Assembly: GCA_051294905.1 (NCBI GenBank)
Contig: CM119371.1
Span: 31,002,001-31,066,000 of the forward strand
DNA: 64,000 nt
DNA from: Botryllus schlosseri
Lineage: Eukaryota
Direction: 5' to 3'
The stretch's first letter is position 1; each line of letters starts with the position of its first letter. The translations under genes were made by a program, and so were the position numbers. Below the pieces are notes generated by a model, which saw only the letters and a list, made by a program, of their open reading frames with translations, made no database searches and was not told the DNA's origin. This document shows, piece by piece, positions 27,276-39,415 of this stretch.

Positions 27276-28645
27276 TTGTAGCCCATGTCAACAGTCGTAT
27301 GACAAAATATGACGTCACCAGCATGAAATTTCCAATTAGAGAGCGTTCAATGCACTATTCCCAGGTGGTACACGAACGCGTTCTGTTGACAGAGTTTCGA
27401 CTGGTGTATTTTGAAAAATGTCGACTCCAAGGCACACAAATGGAAGAGCGAACGGCCCCTACCATTAACGCGAAATGTGTGCGAATAATCATCGAGACGG
27501 AAAATTTCGCGTTATTTTGTAGGGGCCGTTTCACATGAATCTGCAGTAAATTTCAAAATATTCTACATAAAATTTTGGCACGTCATAGTTACACTAGCTG
27601 CAATATTATTACACGACAGCTTTTACGTCATCATGCGTCCTCTGGCATGATGTCTATAACTCATTATTAAAACAAATTATTCCATGCACGAAAATTATTT
27701 TAATAAAAAAAAAATCGTTTCAAGCGTGAATAGTATAATAGAAAATTACATTTTCGCGATTTTTGTGGAATGCCTGTCCGCAAAGTGCCGTCAAATAAGA
27801 CTTACTTTGATATTATGAATTGAATACACGCATAATTGATGTTCCTGCCTGCGGCTTCATCAGAAATTAGGATATCGGCCCTCAAGCACATTTTAGTTTG
27901 AGACCCCTGCTTTAGCGCCTACTAGCGGGCTACACTATGAGTAACGAACACGACGCCTGTCAACATGATGTCAAACTCTCAAAGCTTTGGCCTTACTTAC
28001 TCGGGGCATATTTTCGAAGCTGATTACGTTCAACATCTTGACGATCCTGATAACAAAGGCGGACGAGCCCCAGGTTTAGGACCAATATGTTCTACTGAAC
28101 CATTAAAACCGCTTCAACGGATTTCAGGAATACACTGTTATCTTATAATTGCGATTACAATTTGACTTCAGTAAATGATGATAATTTTATTTGCTTTTAA
28201 TTGCAATTTTGCGAGATAGGTGACCCCATATTAAAATGAATACATATTATACTGAATCACGCACAGCGCAAAGAAAATATTTCTGTAGCATAAATCTACT
28301 GATATTGTTTTTTGATTAGGGAAATATTTCGAGCCCATTCCAAGACTTCAAAATTCCGGACATTTAAGCATTGTCTAGTAAGAATTTCGTCCCCGACGCA
28401 ACTTGAGCAGTGCAATTCCCAACATGACTGGGAAAATCCACACGTCTGGCAATCCTAATGTGTACCGCATTCCACAATCCCTGTGATATACGTTCAACGA
28501 TTCGGAAACATTCGTCATATTCAAAATTACTTGAAAAGTTTGGATCATCGTCCGTGTGCGAATTTTTCGACATAAGTAACGTTGTTGTGATGACATGTAA
28601 CAATGCCTTCGGAAAATCCCAACACAGCACTGCGATTATTTAAAT

Positions 28646-29523
28646 CCGGGGTGTCAAACATGGCCCACGGGCCGCACCCGGTTCGCCAGAAAAAGTCATT
28701 CTTCCTGCGAAGCAATTCTGAATGAATCGGAAAAATGCTTGTAATATTGAGTACATTTATGACATAATGTTTAAATTTTTGATAAGAAATTGGCTATTTC
28801 CAATAAATATTCCCCTACGAGTGTCACCCGACAGTATTCGGGTTCATTTCAATAAGATTTTTCTATTCAAATAAATATTCCCTCAAGAAAACAATTGTTG
28901 AGTTATATCCATAGGCCACATTAGAAACACTAATTCCAATGGTTTACATAAAATTCGATCAACAAAATAGTCCTTTGCAGAGTCGAAAGCGCAATGCGAA
29001 ACCGTTATATAGCCCACCGGTCACATGGACGATAAAATAGTGACAAAAATATGATTCTAGTTTCTGTTTTCGCACCGCTGTGTCCGTTTTGGCCCAAAAG
29101 TACCCTGACCTCCGCAGAAACCAAAAATGGTACTTAATATTGATGAAGCAAATTACAACGTCCGCGTATATAGTTGAATCTATTTTATTGCTCACAGCGT
29201 ATAGTCAGTGCTAACTTCAAAATACGACTAAAAATACCCGCTCATACTGTCGTTAAAGCCACTGCTTTTAGCAGTTTATATATCTATTGAACTTATGTCG
29301 AGTCGATTGTTTGCGAATGAAGGTGTTACCAGATTAGAACTCATATTATCCGTAAAATTATGTAACATACTATTAAGTACACCGGCTTTATAATAAAGTA
29401 TTACAGTGACGAAAAGGGAACGAATTCTAAGGAAAGTTTTCTGAATAATTTGACTGATCCTGCTCGCGAGCGATCAACAGGTTTGGATCCGGCCAGTGAC
29501 GCAGTTTGAGTTTGACACCCCTG
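28646..29523. mobile_element. Non-autonomous hAT (Buster-type) element
   Basis: Ends CCGGGGTGTCAAAC...GTTTGACACCCCTG; TSD ATTTAAAT / ATATAAAT (7 of 8 match). Confidence 0.85.
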
Positions 29524-30128
29524 ATATAAATCCTATCATCAGTTTAAAATGATTTATTTCAGACGCCAGCCCGTGACATAAAATATGTCCAAGGTCGAAA
29601 ATGCGAAAACTGATATTCGATGCACGATGCGATTTTAGTTGACGAATAGGCTACTGCTTTTTTGTTAAGTCACTAGTAATTTATAACTGGAAGTCACGCT
29701 ACTTGTAGTGAACGACCTTTAACTCGCATACTGATAACACGGTACGTTGACATGGCACTCACTCGAGCTAAACATCCGACAATGGTCTATACCAGTGGTT
29801 CTTAACCTTTTTCCTCCACCCACCCCTTTCAAACATTATCGTGCCCCAGCGCTCCCCACCTCATATTGTAAGGACTGTAATAAAGACAAGGAAAGATGGT
29901 GGCTGTGCCGCCACTTCGTCATCCCCCTAAAAACGATTGTCTCGCGCGCCCATAGCGTCATAAACCACACTTATAAGGGCTTCGCTCCCAACAACCCCGT
30001 CGCACGATATTGATGGTCAGCAAAATTCGAGTAGCCTAGTCGTGCTAGGCGCCAAAATTTTCTATAATGGATGAATGAATAGGTGGTAATTGCATATATA
30101 TGTTGCTATGAACTTCTTATCCTCTTAC

Positions 30129-30290
30129 CAGGGCTGTGGAGTCGGAAAATTTTACCACCGAATCCAACTCCGACTCCACACATTTTCAATGGACCGACTC
30201 CGACTCCCGAGTCATTAAACGTTCCGACTCTGAATCCGGCTCCGACTCCGACTCCTGAGTCTTTGAAAATACCGACTCCGACTCCAACAG
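30129..30290 (+). mobile_element. Left end of a DNA transposon with (ACTCCG)n subterminal repeats
   Basis: CAGGGCTGTGGAGTCGG start followed by repeated actccg; the same hexamer occurs near 21400-21485. The PTPTP ORF here is a by-product of the repeat. Confidence 0.6.
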
Positions 30291-31389
30291 TATTACCAAT
30301 TTGCTTTGAAAAGTATACGTCAAAGTGACGGTTAAATGACTATCATATAACCATTAAACATGTGCAAACATACGATTAACGATGACATGTGAAATTGTTT
30401 CGTTGTGGCACAGCTTGAATTATTTACTATGCATGCCTCACATTATATCAGTTTCCATAACATAACCTCTCTAATAACCTAATATGTATGCATCATTCGA
30501 ACACTGTACTGTGTATGATTAAAATGTAGATAAAACAATCGAAGTGTTGCTCTTCTGTATGAGTCAACAATGGTCATTCTCATTCGGGCTATTCAAAAAA
30601 ACCTTTTTTTCCTGAATCTTGCTGGCTACATAATTAAATCGTTAGGTTGCCTTAAAAAACGACGCAAGCCAAATTTCAATTCATTCCAACCAATATTTGC
30701 GCTCTGAAAGATAACTTTATGATTGCCAGAAATCCTACAGTTCCTTACGCAAAACAATGCCAGATTACAGCTTAGGTGAAGCGGAACGAAGTAGCAAATT
30801 CGGTCGTTGCCATTCCATGTTTACATTCTATAGTATCATCCTTTATGATGATTTCATTTTGTAGATTTCAAATACAAGTATATTTAGTCGTTTAATTCGT
30901 GCACAAAGCTTCAAAACTTATATAATGTAAAACGGGCTTTACTCTCAAAAGTGATATAAAATCCCTCCTTATTCGATTTTCACACGCTGTGCGCTGCGGG
31001 ATATAATACCTAATTCGAGCCATATTGTTGAAAATAAACCTAGCAAGCGCGACAGCAGTGTTTTAACGGGAAATTGGCGATCTGAAAGTACGCGCAATTC
31101 GTTTTATATCGTCGCGTAGCGCAACCAAACATTCCAGGATTCGTCATGCTTTATCGGATATTACGTTGCTCTGAATACTCATTAAACGTGATTGAAGATA
31201 TGTCCTACTACCACATCATCTAATGCGAAGCCATTTCTCTTCACCGCACCACATATTGCCTCCTGAGAGTTTTCGTCCCCTTCAACTTCGCCATCCCCCC
31301 TTGGGTGGGCACTGAAGGCAAGTTTAAGAACAACTCGTCTATACCTACCGAGCAACATATCGATCCAAGTGTTTTGTGCCTTAACTCAC

Positions 31390-31703
31390 CTGTATTCTTT
31401 TTTCCAGGCACCCCGTAATTATCGACAAAAGCTCGTCGTTGATGTTGCAGTTGGACAAATCCAGGCACTTCAGACTTTCACTCCTAGCTGTAAGCGATCC
31501 GACAATGTGAGCCTCATCACGACTCAATGAGATGCCAGATGCATCGATATCGGAAATTCTTCTCATAAGATCGTCGTCTTCTGATTCATAGATTGCTGTA
31601 TACAGTTCCATGCCAATGTATTTTTCTTCAAATCCAGTCACTTTCTCGAGTTGCAAATGAATCGATCGAGAAAGAAATCGTTGTCTAACCGACCGATATG
31701 AGA
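31390..31703 (-). CDS. NLR-like gene, helical-domain/first LRR exon
   Basis: Acceptor atttatttgcctgacAG, donor CAG|GTGAGT; phase 1 joins the NACHT exon in frame; contains ELYTAIYESED and the RI-like LRR SLKCLDLSNCNINDELLSII. Confidence 0.9.
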
Positions 31704-31972
31704 CTGTCAGGCAAATAAATGCACCTCATTACATGTTATTACGAGTGAATAAAGAGAAAGCGTAGTGTGCAGAGAGGTACAGCCATGTGGATAGATTAAC
31801 GGCATCATTGACTCGCATGTCTGTTTTTGGTTACTCAATGAATCCATGACGCCATGGCATTGCTGTAAAATATTTAGTTTTGCGGTATCGCTAAACTTTC
31901 CAATTGGGCGTAGCAGGTTTTTCGGCTAAGAGCGCAATTTAGTGTATGCCGACCAAGGATGTACTCAGGAAA

Positions 31973-32300
31973 CAGGGTGCCGAGTCATACATCAATATCA
32001 CTTTTATAGGTTTGACTCGAGTAAAGTCGAGCCATTTTCAATTCACCCCTGAGTCAAGTCCAAGTTCAAGTCAGCGAGCAGAGGATCGAGTCCTAGTCAT
32101 GGTATCGCGACTCGAGTCCGAGCCCCAGTCATTGAGTTGACTGTTCAGTTCCGAGTTAATGCCATGTGAAATGCAATTTTGACAACTCTAATCGGTGATA
32201 TCGAATGCTTCGCATTCATAATATACTAATTTCCCTAACTTTTAAATGTATCTGGTAGCATTTGCAAATACCAGTTCTGATAGATCAAATAATAATGGTG
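31973..32300 (+). mobile_element. Left part of a GAGTC-rich MITE of the 7498-7993 family; probable right end displaced to ~42075-42133
   Basis: Shares cacttttatag..tttgactcgag..ttttcaattcacc..gagtcaagtcc..ataatatactaatt..aaataccagt with 7498-7830; ctcgagtcaacaga at ~42090 matches the 7950-7965 right-end motif. Confidence 0.7.
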
Positions 32301-32316
32301 TGATACATATACAATT

Positions 32317-32443
32317 GGAGCGAGATAGCTTCGTGGTATAATCCGCGGCTGCAACACCAATTATTACAGGTTTTAGTCCGACCGAGGTCGACTTCAGAAT
32401 CCCATACCTAAGTGCTGGACGTTTATCTAGGCTCTTAGACGCC
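32317..32443 (+). mobile_element. 5' half of a tRNA-derived SINE, cut off by the AGTAGT element end at 32444
   Basis: cgagatagc..ggctgcaacacca..agtccgaccgaggtcgacttc matches the reverse complement of 53957-54083. Confidence 0.75.
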
Positions 32444-32790
32444 AGTAGTATAGTAGATCAGTCGCTATTTGCCTGGGGTTCTTATGGGCCCTCTCGCACG
32501 GTGCCTCGAAACTCGTGTTGGCACGGTGACCCTTTTCAATCCCCTTCCGCCAGCACGTGCCATTGTGCCTTATGGAGTCTCTCACACGGTAGCCCTTTTC
32601 GGAAAGGGATATCTCGCACGGTGCCCCGAAACTCGTGTTGGCACGGTAACCCTTTTCGGTATAGGGATCTCCCGCACGGTGCCTCGAAACTCGTGTTGGC
32701 ACGGTAACCCTTTTCGGTATAGGGATCTCTCACATGGTGCCTCGAAAACTGTTGGTGAGCCGTACTTTCGGGTATATGCCTCCACTCGGA
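32444..32790 (+). mobile_element. Isolated Polinton/Maverick-like terminus related to the 33378-41672 element
   Basis: Starts AGTAGTATA, then cttatgggccc and ~56-bp tandem units ctcgcacggtgcctcgaaactcgtgttggcacggt(g/a)accctttt, which parallel the ctcgaccggtgccgcgaaaactcgtgttgaaccggtgaccctttt units of the inner TIR. Confidence 0.7.
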
Positions 32791-33377
32791 CAATATATCC
32801 GGGTAGATTCAGACTGTGTGCCGCCGCCAGACGGACTGGGGCATTTTTTTGCAACACAGATATCATATATGGGATGTCTTCTGTCACTCGGACATCATGT
32901 CTGGGGTATGTTCGGACTGTGTTGCCACCAGGACAAATATCTGGTGTAGATTCGGACTGTGATCTGTCACTCGGACATCATATCTGGGGTATATTCTGCC
33001 TATGTGGCAACCCAGACATCATGTCAGGTTATGTTTGGGCTATCTTGGCACTGGGACATGATGTCTGGGGTATGTTCGCTCCATCACTCCGCCATCATAT
33101 CTGGGGTCTGCTCGGACCATGTTGCCAATCAGACATCATACCATGTTTTCATTGTGTTCTGCTCTTCGGACATCATATCTGGGGTTGATTCGGACTGCCA
33201 TGTTGTCTGAATGGCAAGTGCAGTCCGAATCTATCTCAGAAATGATGCCCGGGTGGCACAGCACGGTCCTAACATACCAAACATGTGATGTCCTAGTGAT
33301 GTAACATTGTGCAAACATATACCAGAGACATGATTTCCTTGTAGCAGTATAGTCCAAACATACCCCAGGCAGGTATA

Positions 33378-35625
33378 AATAGTATATACGATCGCTGGCA
33401 CATCACCATTGGCTCTTATGGGCCCGCTCGACCAGTGCCGCGAAAACTCGTGTTGAACCGGTGACCCTTTTGACCCCCCTTGCGGTGGTGACTCGCCTTT
33501 TCAGAACCCCCTTCCGCTCGACCGGTGCCATGTGTTCTTATGCGTGCGGTCGTGAATCGCCCTTTCGGATATAGCCATCTCTCGACCGGTGACCCTTTTC
33601 GGTATATGCATCGCTCAACCGGTGCTAGTATAGCCATGTCTCGACCGGTAACCCTTTTCGGCATATGAATCGCTCAACCGGTTTCGCGGTGGTAATTCGT
33701 ACTTTCGGGTATATGCATCTCTCGACCGGTGTTGAATATGTATCAAGTAAATAGTCATGTGAATGAATCTTTGTTAATGTGTATATCGTGAAAACTCGTG
33801 GTCGTCACTCGCCTTTTTTGCTATAGGCGGTGGCGGTGATTCGCCTGTCGTGTATTCTTACGGGGTCTGTGGTGACTCGCCATGTGTTCTTATGGGTGCG
33901 GCCGTGATTCGCCCTTTCAGGTATAGCTCGTGGCGGTGATTCGCCGTGAAAACTCGTGGTCGTGACTAGCCTTTTTTGCTATTGGCGGTGGCGGTGATTC
34001 GCCTGTCATGTATTCTCACGGGATCTCTGGTGATGTGCCATTGTTTCTTATGGGCGCGGTCGTGATTCGTACTTTCGAGTATAGGCATCTCTCGCGCGGT
34101 GTTGAATATGTACGAGTCACCAACAATAACCGCACGAACGGAAACGTGGCTTGTTGTGCAAGAGGATTTACGCAGTGCGTGCGACCTATATTTCGAATGA
34201 CCTGCGCGCTGAATTGTTTCCCATGCAGCTGTGTGCTACTATCGATTATTACCCTAATCCATTCAGTGCGAAATAGTTTGCTAAATCTAGGAATCAGTCG
34301 CATGGTGTTACTTTAGTAATTAGTTTACCACAGAACCGGCGTAGACGGTGATTCGAATATCAGCGATAACCACGCTCACAAACTAACAGTTCGAAAAGGT
34401 GTGAAATAGTTTGCTAAATCTGTCACATGGTAATGTTTTGGTAATTAGTTTGTCCCAGAGCCGGCGTAGACGGCGATTCGAATACCAACAATAACCACGC
34501 TCACAAACTAACACTTCAAATAGGTGTGAAATATATAACAAACCCCACGATCACTCACAAGATAACACCTAAGACATAGCCATTTTTCGCGTCTTACCAT
34601 TACTTACATCCCAATCGCTACAGTTTAATATGTCGATGGTTTTTACTATCAAGTAATAAGTAATGAATAACCGAACCGGCGCAGACTGTGATTCGAAAAC
34701 CAACAATTTGTCACTTGCACGCGATAGCTATATGTTTTGACACTTCGCACCGTTTTCACATCTATAGAATCAATACCAACTATAATTCCACAAGAATCAA
34801 GAATCACAAGTATGTGCATTATACAGTTATTGTCTTTATTAAGTTGAAATCAAACTCTTAACAAAAACACCCATCTTATCACTCGTCAACTCTATCATGA
34901 AAATCCTCGAGTCCTTATCATCAAAAATGTTATACCGCGGCGTCGGAATCCATTCGTGGGATGTACTAAAGGTAAATCCAGATAATCCAAAATGAAATAT
35001 TTTGACTTTGACATAGTCTTAATCGAAATATATTGACAAACATGACTACCAACTTTAATCCAGTCACATTTCAAGATCATACTTTGAAACAATCCTTGAA
35101 ACTTACAACTCTATTCACGACTGAGTTTTCCGTTTACCAAATAAAGTTTCAGTAAATACTATCGCGATATTTTAATGTGTTACTACACACAATAGAATCA
35201 ATCAATGAAATAGCACCTGTTGTAAATATTTCCAACTTGACAACCACTTGCGCATACCGCGATCGACTTGTGACGCGATGAGTTAAATAGGAATATTTCA
35301 ATCTATTTGTCGAAACCTTGAACAAACTAGCAGGTTATTTTTTGTTGTTGTAATCGAGTGAACGGAAATAGTATTACGCCTCAACATTTTAACATCTTCC
35401 CATACACAAAAGAGTAAAATACAAAAAAGTCTTGTCAAGTCAATCCGTTTGTAACTTACCCAACCAAAGTAAAAAGTATCCTTATGAAAAGTAGACAAGA
35501 CTACGCGAGTAATCACCACAATCCAAAATCCATAGCAAGTTCGGTTGTACTCATAGTCCACCAAATCGTATTTTTGTTCAACTTCAAAAGTCGTTACTAT
35601 TCTGTAAGATAAAGTAATTACTACT
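33378..35625. repeat. Left terminal inverted repeat (2248 bp) with internal tandem sub-repeats
   Basis: GC-rich short repeats (ctcgaccggt, gtgattcgcc) at 33420-34110; two ~130-bp copies at 34270-34535; ORF-like AT-rich part at 34840-35625. Confidence 0.9.
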
Positions 35626-38344
35626 CGGTATATTTTATGAACCAAAGTAAATACTACTCGGTGTGTGGTTTGAGATTAACATATTACATTTGAGTATACG
35701 AGATTTGAATGTCTGACCAACGTAGTTGAGAATTCATTTCTTACAATCGAACGCAGGCGTTATATTGAAAATTTCCACGATGTAAACATATGAATTGACA
35801 CACTGAGTTTGACATATGAGATTCTGTAATAGTCGATCATGACTTGATTATTAAATTATGATATTATTAGACCGGGTTGTGTTGAAGGTTATTACGATAC
35901 CAACAAACTTTTCAGAAACATTGTTATTAACATATCGATTTGTGAAACTAGATTAACATGTCTGAAATGTTTTGATTGGGAAGATTAACCCGTGTTCGTA
36001 AAAACCACGCAGCGTATTGTGGACATCAGGAAATATTTTACAAATGTAATTGTCTCCAGTAACCAAGACTAAAGATGAAACAACAATTTCCTTTGTTGAA
36101 CAATAACCGGTACAATACTTTATCATCGTAATCTGCGGTGAGAATTGAAACACTTTCGCACATTACCCGGGTCAAGATATCACACTAGGTGAATTGACAT
36201 ACCGCCGCTTGATTAATACCTAATCCGTTCGCACCATTTCGCATACTTTGATCATTACAAAAGTAAATTGGAATATGTTTCCTAGATGCATTCAATTCAG
36301 TTAGAAATGTCTGGTGCACAACAATCGTAACATCATGGAAGTACTTGCTACACTGTTATTCACTTAACGTGTTTTGCATTGTTGTTCATTTGTAGTATTG
36401 ATTGAAATTGTTTTTGAACCCCCAAATAATAATTCCGACATGAAACCAAGCCGCTGAAAGTCGTTACCATCACAACGAAACAATTTGTACGATGTTCGCC
36501 AAATGTATCCTATAGTTAGGTGTACTAGAATTATTTGTCTAACGCATACACCGACAATGCAATCGAAAATTTTTCCGTTGTCATTCGCTAAAGTAAATGT
36601 CATCACAATACTCTGTCACTAAAAGACGTTACTTGGACGTGCTTGAATTCTAGACATAGTTCTGATTTACCCAACACAAGACCCAACGACAACCCTAGTT
36701 TACAATCGTGAACACATATCCAAAATATCGCACACTCCGCTATTCCTAAAGTACAAACACCCGATACAAAATATTACTTGTTGTGTTGTTGCGGCATCAT
36801 CTTCACAATATCACCCTCAATACAAACGATGTTTATGTGTAACATGCTATTGATTTGATTCACACTCACCTGACGGAAGAGGATTTACTCAATCTTTACA
36901 TAACAATTATTGACCAACATCACATCACCGGATTGTATCTGTTTTGCTGGATACGAGTTATGTTAGTTTAACAGTAAACAAATTTCACCCTCTTGGATTT
37001 TGAACTCAATGCGTTAGCAGTCATTCAATATTTTGTTGTGTCAACTAGTTACTAGGTATGTTACCCCACAACTCTTACAAAAGTACGAAGGATATTAACA
37101 TCGCACTAAGTAAATAACTTTACTCGATATTCTCGCATTACGAAACTAAAGAATGGTTGGTTAGACTCTACAAACTGTTTCGATATCTCACGACCTTCAT
37201 TGTCTGAATGGGTGTTCATGTATCTTAATAATCAAATTGTTCAACACAGAACTAGTACTAACAGAAACATCAGAGTTGTTTACACAAAAGTTTGTATGTG
37301 TACAGTATGTGAATACCATGTGTAAGTCCAAAACAATTGCGGTATCCATCCGAGTTTAGTTAACACAAATTTATTACAACGGAGCCACGTAAACTTTCGC
37401 GAAAGAAAAGCATACTCATTTCTGGATGGTTCTATCAATGCCATAGCAATAGATCAGCTACTCCAACAAAAGAGTGCATATGTATTCTAGTGGCGGTCCC
37501 TAAATCATACACACGAAACTATCTACTTTTGCTAACGAAAAGTGCTGAGTCATCACATAATCGCTCTCACAATAAAACAGCTAGTAGATATTATCATTCA
37601 AAATATTCGTAACCCTTTACACACCAGTGACAAATCATACAACGAATATGTTTTGTGGGTCGAATTGTTGTTCAGTGTCAAGTCTACCTGTTGAAACTTA
37701 CATTAAAACAACACAGTCACAATTCAATTAAAACCACGAATCTATTTTCATTTCGTCACAAACTGTCACATACAGAAAAATAAATTTTCTTTCCCCAACA
37801 CATACTTGTAACCAATCGCTTTCATTAAACACACAACTTCATAAAAGTATTTACTTTCTACAACATAGACTGTCCGATGTAGTCAAGAAATATTTTTATT
37901 AATCAAAATCATCGATTTCTGTTCACAGTGTTAGTGTGTGCATGTCATACCTGTGGGCCCCGTATTAAAATGGACACGACACGACTGAATGTAAGGGGGG
38001 TAGAAGTCTATCGCATCGATTTACATGTGGTCTTCGCTACGGTTTCAAAAAACGAATCATCTATTTTGCATTGGTCGAGACCGAGCGAATCAGCCACATG
38101 TATTCGCGGTAATGATTTTGCTTGTCATATGCGAATGATAGGGTTGCTACTCCGACAAATCAAATCAACATACAACAATCTTCTGACGATCATAATAGCA
38201 ATTTCATTCTTCACCCCTACGTAACTGTATACGCACGAAAAGTATATTGTACAACTCGGCAACCACGTTTAACAAGACCAATCACACTACGAGCGTTGAA
38301 CACAAGATACCTACCCAAGTCAAAATATCACTCTGGTTTGGTCA

Positions 38345-38745
38345 ACTGACGTTTACCTGTGTAAAATTATCATTTTCACTTGGAGGTCCACCGTTACCTA
38401 ACTAAAATACCATTGTCCTTTGGAGATTTATCGTTTAGTCAGTGTAACAAACCCCTTTTCACCTGGAAATCTATTTTTGCTCTGGATAACACACCTTTTT
38501 CACTTGGAAATATATTTTTTTTCTGGGTAACAAACCTTTTTCACTTGGAAATATATTTTTTTCCCTGAGCAACAAACCATTTTCACTGAGCAACAAACCA
38601 TTTTCACCTGGCGGGTCGTCGTTTACCTGAGTAAAAATATCATTTTCCTTTGGAGATCCGGCGTTTACCCGGTGTAACAATACATTTTCTCTTGGTCATC
38701 TAGCTTTTCCTAGAGTAACAAAACCATTTTCATTTTGAAATCTGA
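38345..38745. repeat. Degenerate ~42-bp (21-bp sub-unit) tandem array inside the element
   Basis: Recurring aacaaaccattttcac(t/c)tgga motif spaced about 41-43 bp apart. Confidence 0.75.
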
Positions 38746-39415
38746 CAAACACACCGGCCAATTTGGTATTTGCTGTATTGACGATAGTTTGAAATAGATT
38801 ACAACGAACAGTGACGGAAATATACACGACTACCGGTTTCAGAGTATACCTCCATCAGTCGTATCACATCAATATCATCAGTTAACCACATACAATATGC
38901 TCTTGTACCCAGAAATGCATGTTTTGGAAAATTGGACAATAGGCTTCGAGAGTTCTGTGATGTCCGGGTTCGTGCTTTGGATTTTCCAGAGTCAAAATGT
39001 CTGAATAAAACACCTCCTTGACGATGGTTGGTATGTGGATAACGGTGTTCGGAAAACGGTTGGATTCATCTCACACATCGCGATAACAATTCCAGATCGA
39101 GTTTTCCTCCCACATGTTTACTATATTGTGTCTTTATTGGTCAATGTATGTCTCGACATTCAGTTTGAAATCGGAAACTCTAATAAAGTATGCAAACGGA
39201 TCCGGATATCTACTCTGAATCGATAAACCAATGAACAATATTCAAAGTAAATATGTTACACCCTGTGTTTCCACGAAAAAATACCATCCAGACATACGTC
39301 GCGCTTGTTTGCCCACACCAGTATACGCGTAAATGGAGGTGTGTGACATTGCATGCAATGTGTTGGTATACAAACATCGATCCACAGACATTATCATAGC
39401 CGGTAGTTTTGATGC

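Noticed and set aside
30083..30328. PT-rich ORF
   Set aside because: Translation of the (ACTCCG)n subterminal repeat of a transposon.
32490..33200. Regularly spaced repeats resembling a CRISPR array
   Set aside because: The units are degenerate tandem copies without unique spacers, there are no cas genes, and the context is eukaryotic.
32469..33357. 239-aa ORF and overlapping ORFs
   Set aside because: Translations of GC-rich tandem repeats, open in several frames on both strands, with no domain signature.
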